Origin: a virus
Taxonomy: Duplodnaviria; Caudoviricetes
Length of the DNA: 64,000 bases
Reading direction: 5' to 3' (one strand)
IMG/VR virus record: IMGVR_UViG_3300007067_000087
Span: 13,038 to 77,037 of that record
Numbering within the stretch: position 1 is the first letter of the stretch; each line of letters begins with the position of its first letter. A program made the translations under genes and the position numbers. The notes beneath the pieces were generated by a model. That model was given only the letters and a program-made list of their open reading frames with translations, did no database searches and was not told the DNA's origin. Below are positions 1-9,093 of the stretch, piece after piece.

Positions 1-196
1 TGCCACAAGGCGGTTGAGTGTAAGCTACAGGTAGAGTTTTTAGGTCTGCATTTCGGAATAATAAACGCCGAGGGCTACAAGGACAAACAAGATCGCAAAA
101 AATCTTTCAATTCCAGACAACAGCCTGTAACTAAAAAAGGCGCAAATTTAAAACTCATCACCCCTGTTCAAAGTGCTATGGCAATATGGTAATAAT

Positions 197-248
197 TTGC
201 AATTGATTGCAGATATAATATTGCGTCCCCACGATTAAAGGCTAAGAT
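197..248 (+). promoter_or_regulatory. Palindrome plus sigma70-like promoter
   Basis: TTGCAATTGATTGCAG 197-212; TTGCGT 221-226; 16-bp spacer; TAAGAT 243-248. Confidence 0.6.
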
Positions 249-275
249 GAATAATACACCAAAACGGCAAAAGAC

Positions 276-782
276 ATGGAGGTTGAAATGCCGGTGACAA
301 TTATCAACAAGAACCAACCATCCCCCAAAATATGGGCGTTGAAAATGCTGCCCGTTAAGGACGTTTCAAGTGACATTCCTGCCTCCACGCTCTCCAATTT
401 GTGGCCTGAATTTGATCGCAACCAGATGAAGACTGCACCTCTTGTCTGCTTAATTGAGGCAACACAAATGTATCAGCCTGTATCAGGCTCAACTGAGGGA
501 AGTCGGTATTTCGTTGTTGCTGGCAATCAACGTTTAAAAGTCGCTGCCCGTTACCATAACAAAAGGCTGTCTTGTCGCTTGGAGGGAGAAGATTTGAACA
601 AAAATTACACGCAAAAAGATTTGGGAGCGTTCAATATCAAAAGTGAAAATCATGCTTCGTTTCATGCCGAGATTGATAATCTGAAACTGGCAGCAAAAAC
701 ATTGGGGGCGGTATTGATGGATTTAAATCTTAGCTTTGAAACGCCAATTCCCAATTTTGATATTATCAGGGCGGCATCATGA
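276..782 (+). CDS. Hypothetical protein, possible ParB/Srx-like fold
   Basis: RYFVVAGNQRLKVA resembles the ParB N-terminal YxxxxGxxRxxA motif. Confidence 0.45.
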   Translation: MEVEMPVTIINKNQPSPKIWALKMLPVKDVSSDIPASTLSNLWPEFDRNQMKTAPLVCLIEATQMYQPVSGSTEGSRYFVVAGNQRLKVAARYHNKRLSCRLEGEDLNKNYTQKDLGAFNIKSENHASFHAEIDNLKLAAKTLGAVLMDLNLSFETPIPNFDIIRAAS

Positions 783-985
783 TGACTTTAGATGAATTTA
801 AATCTCTGCAAATTGGCGACCAGTTGGAGCTTGAACCGTTATTGCCAAAGATTGATGATGAACCCGTACTTTTGACCATGACCGGTAGCTACAAGAATCG
901 CCGCAGCTTCATCGCCACCCTTTATGGTGTTCCCATGCGAACGGTTGAGGCAATTGAGATGGAAGGCAAGATCAGATGGATTTAG
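779..985 (+). CDS. Hypothetical phage protein
   Basis: 68-aa ORF, ATGA overlap with upstream stop. Confidence 0.6.
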   Translation: MMTLDEFKSLQIGDQLELEPLLPKIDDEPVLLTMTGSYKNRRSFIATLYGVPMRTVEAIEMEGKIRWI

Positions 986-1410
986 TTTATAATGCTTTGT
1001 GTCAAGTAGCGGATATTCTACAAATCAAGTTCCAGTGGGATGAATACAATCTCAAAATCAAGAGCAAGGCTCGCCGCACCTTTCACCCCTCTGACCTCAC
1101 CTTTTCTATGCCGCTTTCTTTCCCCTCAAGCCGCATTTTTGAAACGCGATTTCTAACCATCATCCATCTCAAGGGAAAACTGGCTTTGCTGCTGGATGTA
1201 CCGATTGAACTTTCTTCCTATTATACGATGTTGCATTTCTTTGATCTTGGCGCAACGGGTGATCCTGAAAATTTTCTTGAGGGTATGAAATGTACGGATG
1301 AGCGTGATTGTATAGATCAACTCTTTCCTGCCATCGTCAAAAGCTTTTATTTTGATAGTGCTACCGATATGTGGCAACCAGTGTCCCGATTGAGTGAGAA
1401 ACAGGCATGA
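976..1410 (+). CDS. Hypothetical phage protein
   Basis: 144-aa ORF tightly coupled to neighbours. Confidence 0.6.
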   Translation: MDLVYNALCQVADILQIKFQWDEYNLKIKSKARRTFHPSDLTFSMPLSFPSSRIFETRFLTIIHLKGKLALLLDVPIELSSYYTMLHFFDLGATGDPENFLEGMKCTDERDCIDQLFPAIVKSFYFDSATDMWQPVSRLSEKQA

Positions 1411-3794
1411 TCATCATCTGGGCAGCCGCCGATGCGGGAGAATTGATCAAGGCTTATTCAAAATCTTTCCGCAATTTTAAACCGGCTATTCCACCTCACC
1501 AATTCAAATCTTGGCAAGTCCAAGAAGAGCCGCCTATTCCCCAACAGGGACAGATTATTCTTGTTTGCGGGACAAAACCTTTAAATGTCCTACAAGCGCA
1601 CGGCATTACCCCAAAGAACCGCAGTGTTTTCAGCATGCGGGAAAAACCGATCAAATATGGGGACGGCTATTATCTTATCAGCTTCGATCCCAAAATCCTT
1701 AACTCCGAACCGGATAAAGTTGAACTGATTGATTGGGATTTACGCCTTGCAGTTCGCCTAATGCAGACCGGCACAACCATGCCGCCAATCGGCCATTATA
1801 AATATGTCAATGATTATCAGCCGATGATAGATAGCATTGAAGCCGAGTATGAACAAACCGGCAAACCGGTTGATGTTGCTTGCGACACCGAAACAATGGG
1901 CTTTTATCCTTGGTTGCCGGAGAAAGATATTGTCTCCATCAGCTTCACCAGAAAAGCAGGAACAGCCGAAGTTTTGTATCTCAGTCAACAGTCAAAACCA
2001 TTACCCTTTAAGCCTGATGTTAACCTGTTTGGGCAAATCAAATGGTTACTCACCTCCCCAAAGGTCAAGTTACGGTTGGCAAATGGTAAATATGATTTGA
2101 TCTGGATCGCCGAGAAGTGGGGAATTGAATGCACCAACTTCAAATTTGATACGATGCTGGTCGGTTCGCTACTCAATGAAAATCAGTCAAACAGCCTCAA
2201 TAATCATGCCAAAATTTATACGCCTTTAGGCGGGTACGATGATGGTTTCAATTCAACCTATGATAAGGGTCGGATGGAGACAATCCCCGCTAAAGACGAT
2301 TTCCTTACCTATAGCGGCGGTGATACGGATGCAACTTATCGCGTTGCCGATGTATTGCGGGATCAGCTAGCTCAAGATGAACATTTAACAAAATTTTACC
2401 TGACAATCCTGCATCCCGCCGCCCGTGCCTTTGAGAAGATTGAACGGCGCGGCGTATTGGTTGATCAACAGAAGTACCATCTCTTGCGGGGCGAATTACA
2501 GCAAGTTATTGACGAGGGAAATAATAAGGCTCTCTCCATTTTACCCAATAAGTTACGAGAAAAATATCGTGACAAGATTGAAAGCCAGCTTGCGCAGGGC
2601 AAGAATCCACTGCTACCGTCAATCCTGAAAGATTTTTTCTTCTCTCCACGTGGCCTTAATCTGAAACCCAAAGTCTTCACCGGTAAGACTAACGAACCCT
2701 CAATGGCAAAATCGCATTTGAAACAATTTGCCAATATGCCAGAGGCTTCCGAAATGGTTGAGGCTTTGTCAGAAATTGATGCTGCCTCCAAAACCCTCTC
2801 AACTTTTGTTGAGGGATTCCTTAAACATTTAAGGCCAGATGGACGCTTCCACTCAACCTATTTTCTCGGCCATACGGCACAAGAAGGCTATGGTGGCGGC
2901 GATAGCGGCACGGTGACAGGCAGATTGTCCTGTAAAGACCCTGCCTTTCAAACTTTGCCGAAAAAGACCAAATGGGCAAAAAGACTGCGTGAATGTTTCA
3001 TCGCTCCACCGGATAAAGCCATTGTGTCACTTGATTATTCTCAAGGAGAATTACGGGTAGTGGCCTGTGTCGCGCCAGAACCAACCATGATCAAAGCCTA
3101 TGAACAATGGCTTGATCTGCATGCCGTTACGGGGGCGAAACTCGGCAATGTTGATTTGCAGGAATTTTTATCGTGGGAGAATAGCACAAATGAGGATTTG
3201 AAAGAACTGTTCAAGGAATACAGAACCAAGGCCAAACCAGCTAATTTTGGTCTCCTGTACGGTATGCAGACCCAAGGCTTTATTGCCTATGCGTGGGCGA
3301 ATTATGGACTAAAACTTTCAGAACAGGAGGCCTATAAAATCCGCAATGATTTTTTCACCCTCTATAGCGGCTTGACAAAATATCATGAAAAACAGAAGAT
3401 GCGGGTTAACAACCAAGAAATGGTACGTAGCCCGCTAGGACGTATCCGCCACCTACCAATGATCAAATCGTGGGATAATGCGATACAATCCCGTGCCGAG
3501 AGACAAGCGATAAACTCTCCTATCCAATCCTGCCTTTCCGACATGATGCTGTGGGCAATTGCTCTGATTGAGCAAGAATACGGAGAGCATGTGGATATTG
3601 TCGGTACAGTGCACGACAACCTGATCGCCTATGTACCAGCGCAAGATGTAAATCTTTGGGCAAAAAGATTGGTCGAAATTATGGAAAACCTGCCTTTCCA
3701 TGAATTGGGTTGGCAACCCCAACTTAAATTCATTGCTGATGCCGAGGCTGGTCTTAATTTGGCCGATATGGAGAAAGTCAAATTCAACGTTTGA
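1407..3794 (+). CDS. polA: Phage family A DNA polymerase with 3'-5' exonuclease
   Basis: ExoI CDTET, ExoII NGKYD, ExoIII YSGGD; motif A DYSQGELR, motif B KPANFGLLYG, motif C VHDNL. Confidence 0.95.
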   Translation: MIIIWAAADAGELIKAYSKSFRNFKPAIPPHQFKSWQVQEEPPIPQQGQIILVCGTKPLNVLQAHGITPKNRSVFSMREKPIKYGDGYYLISFDPKILNSEPDKVELIDWDLRLAVRLMQTGTTMPPIGHYKYVNDYQPMIDSIEAEYEQTGKPVDVACDTETMGFYPWLPEKDIVSISFTRKAGTAEVLYLSQQSKPLPFKPDVNLFGQIKWLLTSPKVKLRLANGKYDLIWIAEKWGIECTNFKFDTMLVGSLLNENQSNSLNNHAKIYTPLGGYDDGFNSTYDKGRMETIPAKDDFLTYSGGDTDATYRVADVLRDQLAQDEHLTKFYLTILHPAARAFEKIERRGVLVDQQKYHLLRGELQQVIDEGNNKALSILPNKLREKYRDKIESQLAQGKNPLLPSILKDFFFSPRGLNLKPKVFTGKTNEPSMAKSHLKQFANMPEASEMVEALSEIDAASKTLSTFVEGFLKHLRPDGRFHSTYFLGHTAQEGYGGGDSGTVTGRLSCKDPAFQTLPKKTKWAKRLRECFIAPPDKAIVSLDYSQGELRVVACVAPEPTMIKAYEQWLDLHAVTGAKLGNVDLQEFLSWENSTNEDLKELFKEYRTKAKPANFGLLYGMQTQGFIAYAWANYGLKLSEQEAYKIRNDFFTLYSGLTKYHEKQKMRVNNQEMVRSPLGRIRHLPMIKSWDNAIQSRAERQAINSPIQSCLSDMMLWAIALIEQEYGEHVDIVGTVHDNLIAYVPAQDVNLWAKRLVEIMENLPFHELGWQPQLKFIADAEAGLNLADMEKVKFNV

Positions 3795-3834
3795 ATTGAG
3801 ACTTCAAATCTTGCTGTAAATGTGTCATATTAAT

Positions 3835-3850
3835 TTGCAATTAATTGCAA
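3835..3850. promoter_or_regulatory. Palindrome copy upstream of portal
   Basis: Perfect TTGCAATTAATTGCAA. Confidence 0.85.
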
Positions 3851-3873
3851 ATTATTTAAAAGAGGCAATTCCT

Positions 3874-5595
3874 ATGGCTGATATACCAGATAAAGAACAT
3901 CTGAAACCCCGCACTGCCCGCATTATCCAACTGGAAAACAAACTTGCGAAAAGTGCGGCTAAATCTAACAACTCCATTCAAAGTAACACCTCAACCGTAG
4001 AGGATGAATTTTCTGGATTTTATGGAGAGGGTACAACGGATGGCTGGCAAGTTATCAAACCACCTTTTGATTTACGTCAGCTTGACCGCATGCCACAGGA
4101 GAACAACGCCTTGATGCCTTGTATTGAAGCATTGGTGACGAATATTGACGGCACTGGGTATGACTTTGAAGTTAAGGGTGATAGGGCAGAAGACAAAGCT
4201 GACATGGAGTTCATAAAGCAGATAGAAGAGTTCTTTGATGAGCCTTGGCCGGGCATGTCCTTTACCACCATCCGCAAAAATATTCGCCGTGATATTGAGA
4301 AATTGGGCAATGGTTTTATTGAAGTTATCCGTAATCCGCAGGATGAAATTGTCTTCCTGAATTATATGGATGCCAAGCTGACAAGACTGGTTAAATATGA
4401 TGCCCCCATTCTTGTTGAGCAAACAGTACGCCGTAACGGTCAAGATATTACCATCAACCTGTCAAAGCGGGAACGGCGTTTCTGCCAAATCATTAATGGT
4501 AATCAACTCACCTATTTCAAGGAATTTGGTGCATCGCGTGATTTAAACAAACATACCGGCAAATGGGCAGAAGTGGGAGAACGTCTCCCTGCTAAAGAAA
4601 GAGCCACAGAAGTTTTACATTTTACTGCCGTACCCGATACCAATACGCCTTACGGTATCCCGCGCTGGATTGGGCAAACACCCTCCGTCTTAGGTTCTCG
4701 TAAGGCCGAGGAATATAACCTTGATTTCTTTGATAATGGCGGTGTTCCTCCCGTACTTATCCTGTTGCAGGGTGGGCAACTCCAGCCCGAAACCAACAAA
4801 GCCCTTGATATGAAGATGAACGGAGGTTCAGCCACTTCACGCAATCGGGTACAAGTTCTTGAGATCATGCCAACTGATGGCACATTTGATCGTCCGTCAT
4901 CTTCGCGGGTGACGGTTGAACGGTTCGGGGCGGAACGCCAGAATGACTCTATGTTTGAAAAATATGATGAGAAGTGCGAAATTCGTGTTCGCCGTGCTTT
5001 TCGTCTGCCGCCTATCTTTGTTGGTGCGGCCAATGATTATTCATTTGCCAGTGCTGCTGCTTCATATCAGGTCGCCGAAGCGCAAGTCTTCAAACCAGAA
5101 CGTGATGAATTTGACGAAATCATCAATGTGACTTTGATGAAAGAGCTTGCCCCTGATTATAAATTTGTTTCCAAGCCACTTGTGATTGAAGATGCCACTT
5201 TGAAACTTCGCGCTATTGAACTGGCTGTGGGCATTGGTGGGGCAGAAAAGGAAGATGCCATCTATGAAATCAATGAAGCGGCGGGGACGAATATCAAATA
5301 TGCTGGCCCTCAAAATGAGATGGTAACAGAAGCTGGAGTTGATCCTGAAAATATCGCCACTTTGGAAGAAGAAGCTCCAAGCCCGCCATCAGAAAATGAA
5401 CCTGTCGGGGCTGGATACACCACAACCATTAAAGCCGCTTGCGGTCAACCCCTCAATTACGATGATATTCCCGCACTTCGTTTCGGTTTACGCCATCATG
5501 GTGACAAGGACTTAAGCGCACTCACCAAGGCCACCATGCAAGTAATGAGTAAGGCCAAAAAGCTGAATGTGAGGTGTGATTGTGGCTCGCATTAA
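3874..5595 (+). CDS. Phage portal protein (PBSX/P2-like family)
   Basis: PDTNTPYGIPRW and YNLDFFDNGGVP motifs; first gene of head module; ATG 3874 follows GAGG. Confidence 0.85.
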   Translation: MADIPDKEHLKPRTARIIQLENKLAKSAAKSNNSIQSNTSTVEDEFSGFYGEGTTDGWQVIKPPFDLRQLDRMPQENNALMPCIEALVTNIDGTGYDFEVKGDRAEDKADMEFIKQIEEFFDEPWPGMSFTTIRKNIRRDIEKLGNGFIEVIRNPQDEIVFLNYMDAKLTRLVKYDAPILVEQTVRRNGQDITINLSKRERRFCQIINGNQLTYFKEFGASRDLNKHTGKWAEVGERLPAKERATEVLHFTAVPDTNTPYGIPRWIGQTPSVLGSRKAEEYNLDFFDNGGVPPVLILLQGGQLQPETNKALDMKMNGGSATSRNRVQVLEIMPTDGTFDRPSSSRVTVERFGAERQNDSMFEKYDEKCEIRVRRAFRLPPIFVGAANDYSFASAAASYQVAEAQVFKPERDEFDEIINVTLMKELAPDYKFVSKPLVIEDATLKLRAIELAVGIGGAEKEDAIYEINEAAGTNIKYAGPQNEMVTEAGVDPENIATLEEEAPSPPSENEPVGAGYTTTIKAACGQPLNYDDIPALRFGLRHHGDKDLSALTKATMQVMSKAKKLNVRCDCGSH

Positions 5596-7129
5596 AGCTG
5601 AAAGTTTTGTTGTCTTGGAGGAAACCATCGCTGCCGTGTTGGGGCAAGGTGTGACTGAACCTTTGCAAGAAGCAATTGAAGGCATTTACCGCTCTTTGGA
5701 TAAAGGGGATTTTCTCGCTGCGCGTGAGGCCATTAACTCTCTTGATTTGAAAGATGTGGTATCCGAAACAAACGAGGAATTGGAAGAATTGGCGATTTCT
5801 TCCCTCTTGTTCGGAGCATCCAATGCCACCAATGATCTTAATAAAGTCTCCTATCTGGCAAAGGATAAACCCCTCCCTGATGAAATCACTTCTGCCCTTA
5901 ACCAGTTGGATATGGCGTTCAAAAACAATGTTTCAGAACAGTTACGGCGGGAACTTCATAAAGTGTTGGATGCGGCGGAGGAAGAAGTTAAACAAGCTCT
6001 ATTCAAGGGAGAAATTATCAAGGCCGACACCCGCACCGTCTCCGAGAAACTCAATGATGCTGTGTTGAAAGGCAAAAGCATGATCGACTTGCAAGCCAAC
6101 CTTACCACCTCTCGCCTTGTCTCATTTGGCTTCTTGGCCGAGGCGGTTGAACAAGGCATGACGACTTACCAAATCAGTGAAGAGCTTGATAGCCGCACTT
6201 GTGCCTTATGTGCCGAAATGCACGGGCGCACGTTCAATGTCGCTTATGAATATTCCAAGGTTCGTTCTTCGATGCTGACTACTGACCCCAACGAGCTAAA
6301 AAATATCGCCCCATGGCCGAAAAACACCAAGGCAGAAGTCACCCGTATCAAGGGAACACAATCTGATAATCTGCAAAATGAGGGGTATGGCTCTCCACCT
6401 TTTCATCCCTTTTGTCGTGGCATCCTCGTTACTGTGGGACAGGCGAGTGAAATGATTACAGATTACACACTGGAAGATTTTCCCGCTGATTGGGAAGTCT
6501 TCATTGAGGATATGAAACCTTGGAACGAGAATATGCGCATTTCACCGCAACGTTTTAAAAACTCCATGCTCTACGGCTTAACGCCTGAACTTGTTTCTGT
6601 TGAAATTTACGGAAGTGATTTGTTTTTCGATGCAAGTCTCGGTGGAGCATCAAAGATTATCCGTAACTTCGACTTTAAAAACAAAATCGTCAGCCACGAA
6701 TATTTCAAATTGGCGGATCAAGGGGCAGGTACGGCAAAACGCGTTATGCTTAATCAGGTAGCCTTATACCGTGAGTTAGATTTTAAGGAAATCACCATGC
6801 ACGCCAATATTGACGTTGGTGGCTATGCGTGGGCAAAATACGGTTTCGTACCAACTCCTGAATCGTGGCGCAAACTGCATATCCACATCCTGCAAAAACT
6901 GAAACAGTTGGAAGCCGAAATCCCCAACTTCCCGCAAAATCTAAGAAATGACATTATTGAGATACTGGCAAGCAATGACCCCAAATCACTATGGACAATC
7001 GCTGATTTGAAAGATACTATAAATGGGCAATCTATAGCTAAACTGTTACTTCTTGGTAGTGATTGGTATGGGACAATGGACTTATTAGATTCCGAAACCA
7101 CGGAAAGGTTTATCAAATATGTCAAATAA
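5576..7129 (+). CDS. MuF/SPP1 gp7-like head morphogenesis protein with C-terminal GNAT-like extension
   Basis: DSRTCALC...HG and PPFHPFCRG motifs directly after portal; extension with QGAGTAK and GGYAWAKYGF. Confidence 0.8.
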   Translation: MIVARIKAESFVVLEETIAAVLGQGVTEPLQEAIEGIYRSLDKGDFLAAREAINSLDLKDVVSETNEELEELAISSLLFGASNATNDLNKVSYLAKDKPLPDEITSALNQLDMAFKNNVSEQLRRELHKVLDAAEEEVKQALFKGEIIKADTRTVSEKLNDAVLKGKSMIDLQANLTTSRLVSFGFLAEAVEQGMTTYQISEELDSRTCALCAEMHGRTFNVAYEYSKVRSSMLTTDPNELKNIAPWPKNTKAEVTRIKGTQSDNLQNEGYGSPPFHPFCRGILVTVGQASEMITDYTLEDFPADWEVFIEDMKPWNENMRISPQRFKNSMLYGLTPELVSVEIYGSDLFFDASLGGASKIIRNFDFKNKIVSHEYFKLADQGAGTAKRVMLNQVALYRELDFKEITMHANIDVGGYAWAKYGFVPTPESWRKLHIHILQKLKQLEAEIPNFPQNLRNDIIEILASNDPKSLWTIADLKDTINGQSIAKLLLLGSDWYGTMDLLDSETTERFIKYVK

Positions 7130-7373
7130 GACAATGGCGGACATTAAGACCAAAATTATAAACGGGCGTGAAGTTATCGTGGACGGATATGAAGGCTTCT
7201 ATGAAGATGAGAACGGTAATTTACAGGATGCAGATTTTCATGAGCCTATACTAGCCGAAGGAGATGATTGGGGTGCGGCGCAAGTTTCTATAAAAGTTGC
7301 AGATAGGCTAGGATTAAAGGGAGTTGCGGCTCGTCTAAGAGAGCAGTACCCGCTTAGAGATTCATCTCTGTAG
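7119..7373 (+). CDS. Small acidic protein, candidate immunity protein for the MuF extension
   Basis: 84 aa, overlaps the MuF stop codon. Confidence 0.5.
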   Translation: MSNKTMADIKTKIINGREVIVDGYEGFYEDENGNLQDADFHEPILAEGDDWGAAQVSIKVADRLGLKGVAARLREQYPLRDSSL

Positions 7374-7383
7374 GTTTATTGAT

Positions 7384-7444
7384 TATGTCAAATAAAACAA
7401 TGAAAGATATTAAGACGAAAATATCATCAAGGGTAACACTATAA
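7384..7444 (+). pseudogene. Relic copy of MuF stop / immunity-gene start
   Basis: 33/39 nt identical to 7118-7156; encodes MSNKTMKDIKTKI then diverges and stops. Confidence 0.65.
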
Positions 7445-7515
7445 TATCATTAGAAATCAATAAATTACCGGAAAATATCTCTGTTCAGGGTAATGCCTCA
7501 AATCAAGGAGGTTGG

Positions 7516-7578
7516 ATATGTCGTTAGCATCGACATATTCGTAAAACATGTCGATAAAATCCGTTTTCATCGACATAT
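7516..7578. repeat. Inverted/direct repeat cluster (CATCGACATAT x2 plus inverted copies)
   Basis: ATATGTCG-N7-CGACATAT 7516-7538; ATGTCGAT...ATCGACAT 7548-7576. Confidence 0.65.
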
Positions 7579-7707
7579 GCTAAAACGCTGATTTTAACTG
7601 CCTATACAGGTTTCCTACCTAATTAGATTCTCCCGCCGATGATGACCACTTTTCGTATTTTACACGTTATTCTTGACGAAAAGACTAACGGGAACAATCT
7701 CCTTCCT

Positions 7708-7769
7708 TAGTCGCCTTGACAAGACTATAGGAGTATATTATTTTCTATAGTCGCCCTGACAAGACTATA
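7708..7769. promoter_or_regulatory. Tandem 22-bp operator-like repeats upstream of Fic gene
   Basis: TAGTCGCC(T/C)TGACAAGACTATA at 7708 and 7748, each with TAGTC...GACTA dyad; the first contains TTGACA. Confidence 0.7.
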
Positions 7770-7784
7770 TATGCCGTCATCCGT

Positions 7785-8945
7785 ATGGAGATAATAATGA
7801 ATTATGAAGGCCGCAGCGGACATTACGTAAAACAGCCAACTGGATATAGAGCGTTTATTCCGAAAGATTTGCCACCCAATCCCGTCATTGAAATAGATGA
7901 TGAGATGCAAGGGTTGCTGTCACGAGCAGATCGCGCGTTAGGTCGCCTAGATGGTTCTATACAAACCTTACCCAATCCTAATTTGTTTATGATGATGTAT
8001 GTGCGTAAAGAGGCGGTTTTATCAAGTCAAATAGAGGGTACACAGGCATCAATAAACGATCTTTTGAAAGCTGAAGTTGATATACATGATATCACGACAC
8101 CAAAAGATGTCTCCGAGGTTATAAATTATGTCAAGGCCATGAACTACGGCTTGCAGCGATTAAATGACCTCCCGTTGTCGATACGCCTAATCAGGGAAAT
8201 TCATAAACATCTGCTTGAAGGGGTGCGCGGGTATAAGCTTCAACCGGGCGAACTACGCACAAGTCAAAATTGGATTGGAGCATCAGGTTCTGGTTTAGAT
8301 TCTGCAAGTTATATCCCGCCACCACATCATATCGTGCCGGATGCTTTAGGCAAGCTAGAACTGTTTTTACACGCAAACGATCACATTCCGCCACTAATAA
8401 AAATAGGACTGGCTCACGCCCAATTCGAGACTATTCATCCATTCCTTGATGGAAATGGTAGGGTAGGGAGATTATTAATAACGCTACTTTTAACAGAAAG
8501 GAATCTGCTGTTAAAACCAGTGCTCTATATTTCGCATTATTTTAAAGCGCACCAGCAAGAATATTACGCTAGATTACAAAATACACGAGTTGCTGGTGAT
8601 TGGGAATCATGGCTTAAATTTTTCTTAAAAGGTGTTTATGAAGTTTCGGAACAGGCAACAGAAACAGCAAGAAATATTGTTGAGCTAAGAGAGCGGCATA
8701 GACTGATAATATCTGATAAATTTGGCAGTGCGGCTGGAAACGCCAACAAGATTTTAGAGCTTTTGTATGAAAGACCTACGATAGGTATTCAGAGTGTAAA
8801 AGAGAAAATGGATATAAGCAGACAAAGCATTTACCCTTTGATAGAAAAATTTGTTGAGCATAACATACTTGTTGAGATCACTGGCAAATCAAGAAATAAA
8901 AAATATCGGTATTTTGATTATATTGATTTATTCTCAAATCTTTGA
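7785..8945 (+). CDS. fic: Fic family AMP-transferase (class II) with C-terminal HTH
   Basis: HPFLDGNGRVGR active site; N-terminal SSQIEG inhibitory motif. Confidence 0.92.
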   Translation: MEIIMNYEGRSGHYVKQPTGYRAFIPKDLPPNPVIEIDDEMQGLLSRADRALGRLDGSIQTLPNPNLFMMMYVRKEAVLSSQIEGTQASINDLLKAEVDIHDITTPKDVSEVINYVKAMNYGLQRLNDLPLSIRLIREIHKHLLEGVRGYKLQPGELRTSQNWIGASGSGLDSASYIPPPHHIVPDALGKLELFLHANDHIPPLIKIGLAHAQFETIHPFLDGNGRVGRLLITLLLTERNLLLKPVLYISHYFKAHQQEYYARLQNTRVAGDWESWLKFFLKGVYEVSEQATETARNIVELRERHRLIISDKFGSAAGNANKILELLYERPTIGIQSVKEKMDISRQSIYPLIEKFVEHNILVEITGKSRNKKYRYFDYIDLFSNL

Positions 8946-9010
8946 ACGATTAAAAATCCGGTCTTAGTCTTGTTTACCCACGCATCAAGCTGGATCACTT
9001 TGTAGGCCAT

Positions 9011-9036
9011 TATATTTGCAATTAATTGCAAATATA
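9011..9036. promoter_or_regulatory. Palindrome copy (26-bp perfect) upstream of protease
   Basis: TATATTTGCAATTAATTGCAAATATA. Confidence 0.85.
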
Positions 9037-9093
9037 TAATAAAATCATGTATATTGCGCGTGAAACAATTCATTGGAACAGGGCGCATCACGC

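Noticed and set aside
1-192. 3' end of a gene entering the window
   Set aside because: A frame ending in TAA near 190 is plausible, but it is too short to assign frame or function.
3100-3125. Trp in PolA at the usual G-x-D-x-H position (EQWLDLH) as an inactivating change
   Set aside because: All catalytic motifs are intact; the effect is unknowable without a homologue alignment.
3835-3850. Palindrome as a host Fur/Mur-type metal box
   Set aside because: TGCAAT half-sites recall rhizobial Mur boxes, but from memory (unverified) those have a longer or odd spacer, whereas here the arms are 2 bp apart; no metal-uptake genes are regulated. Not fully excluded without a PWM comparison.
3820-3873. 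N-terminal extensions in the ORF track (portal MCHINLQLIAN, 21528 MQIYF, 38537 MQINF, 53847 MICNQLQ)
   Set aside because: They read through the palindrome and lack an RBS; downstream ATGs (3874, 21594, 38570, 53880) are better supported.
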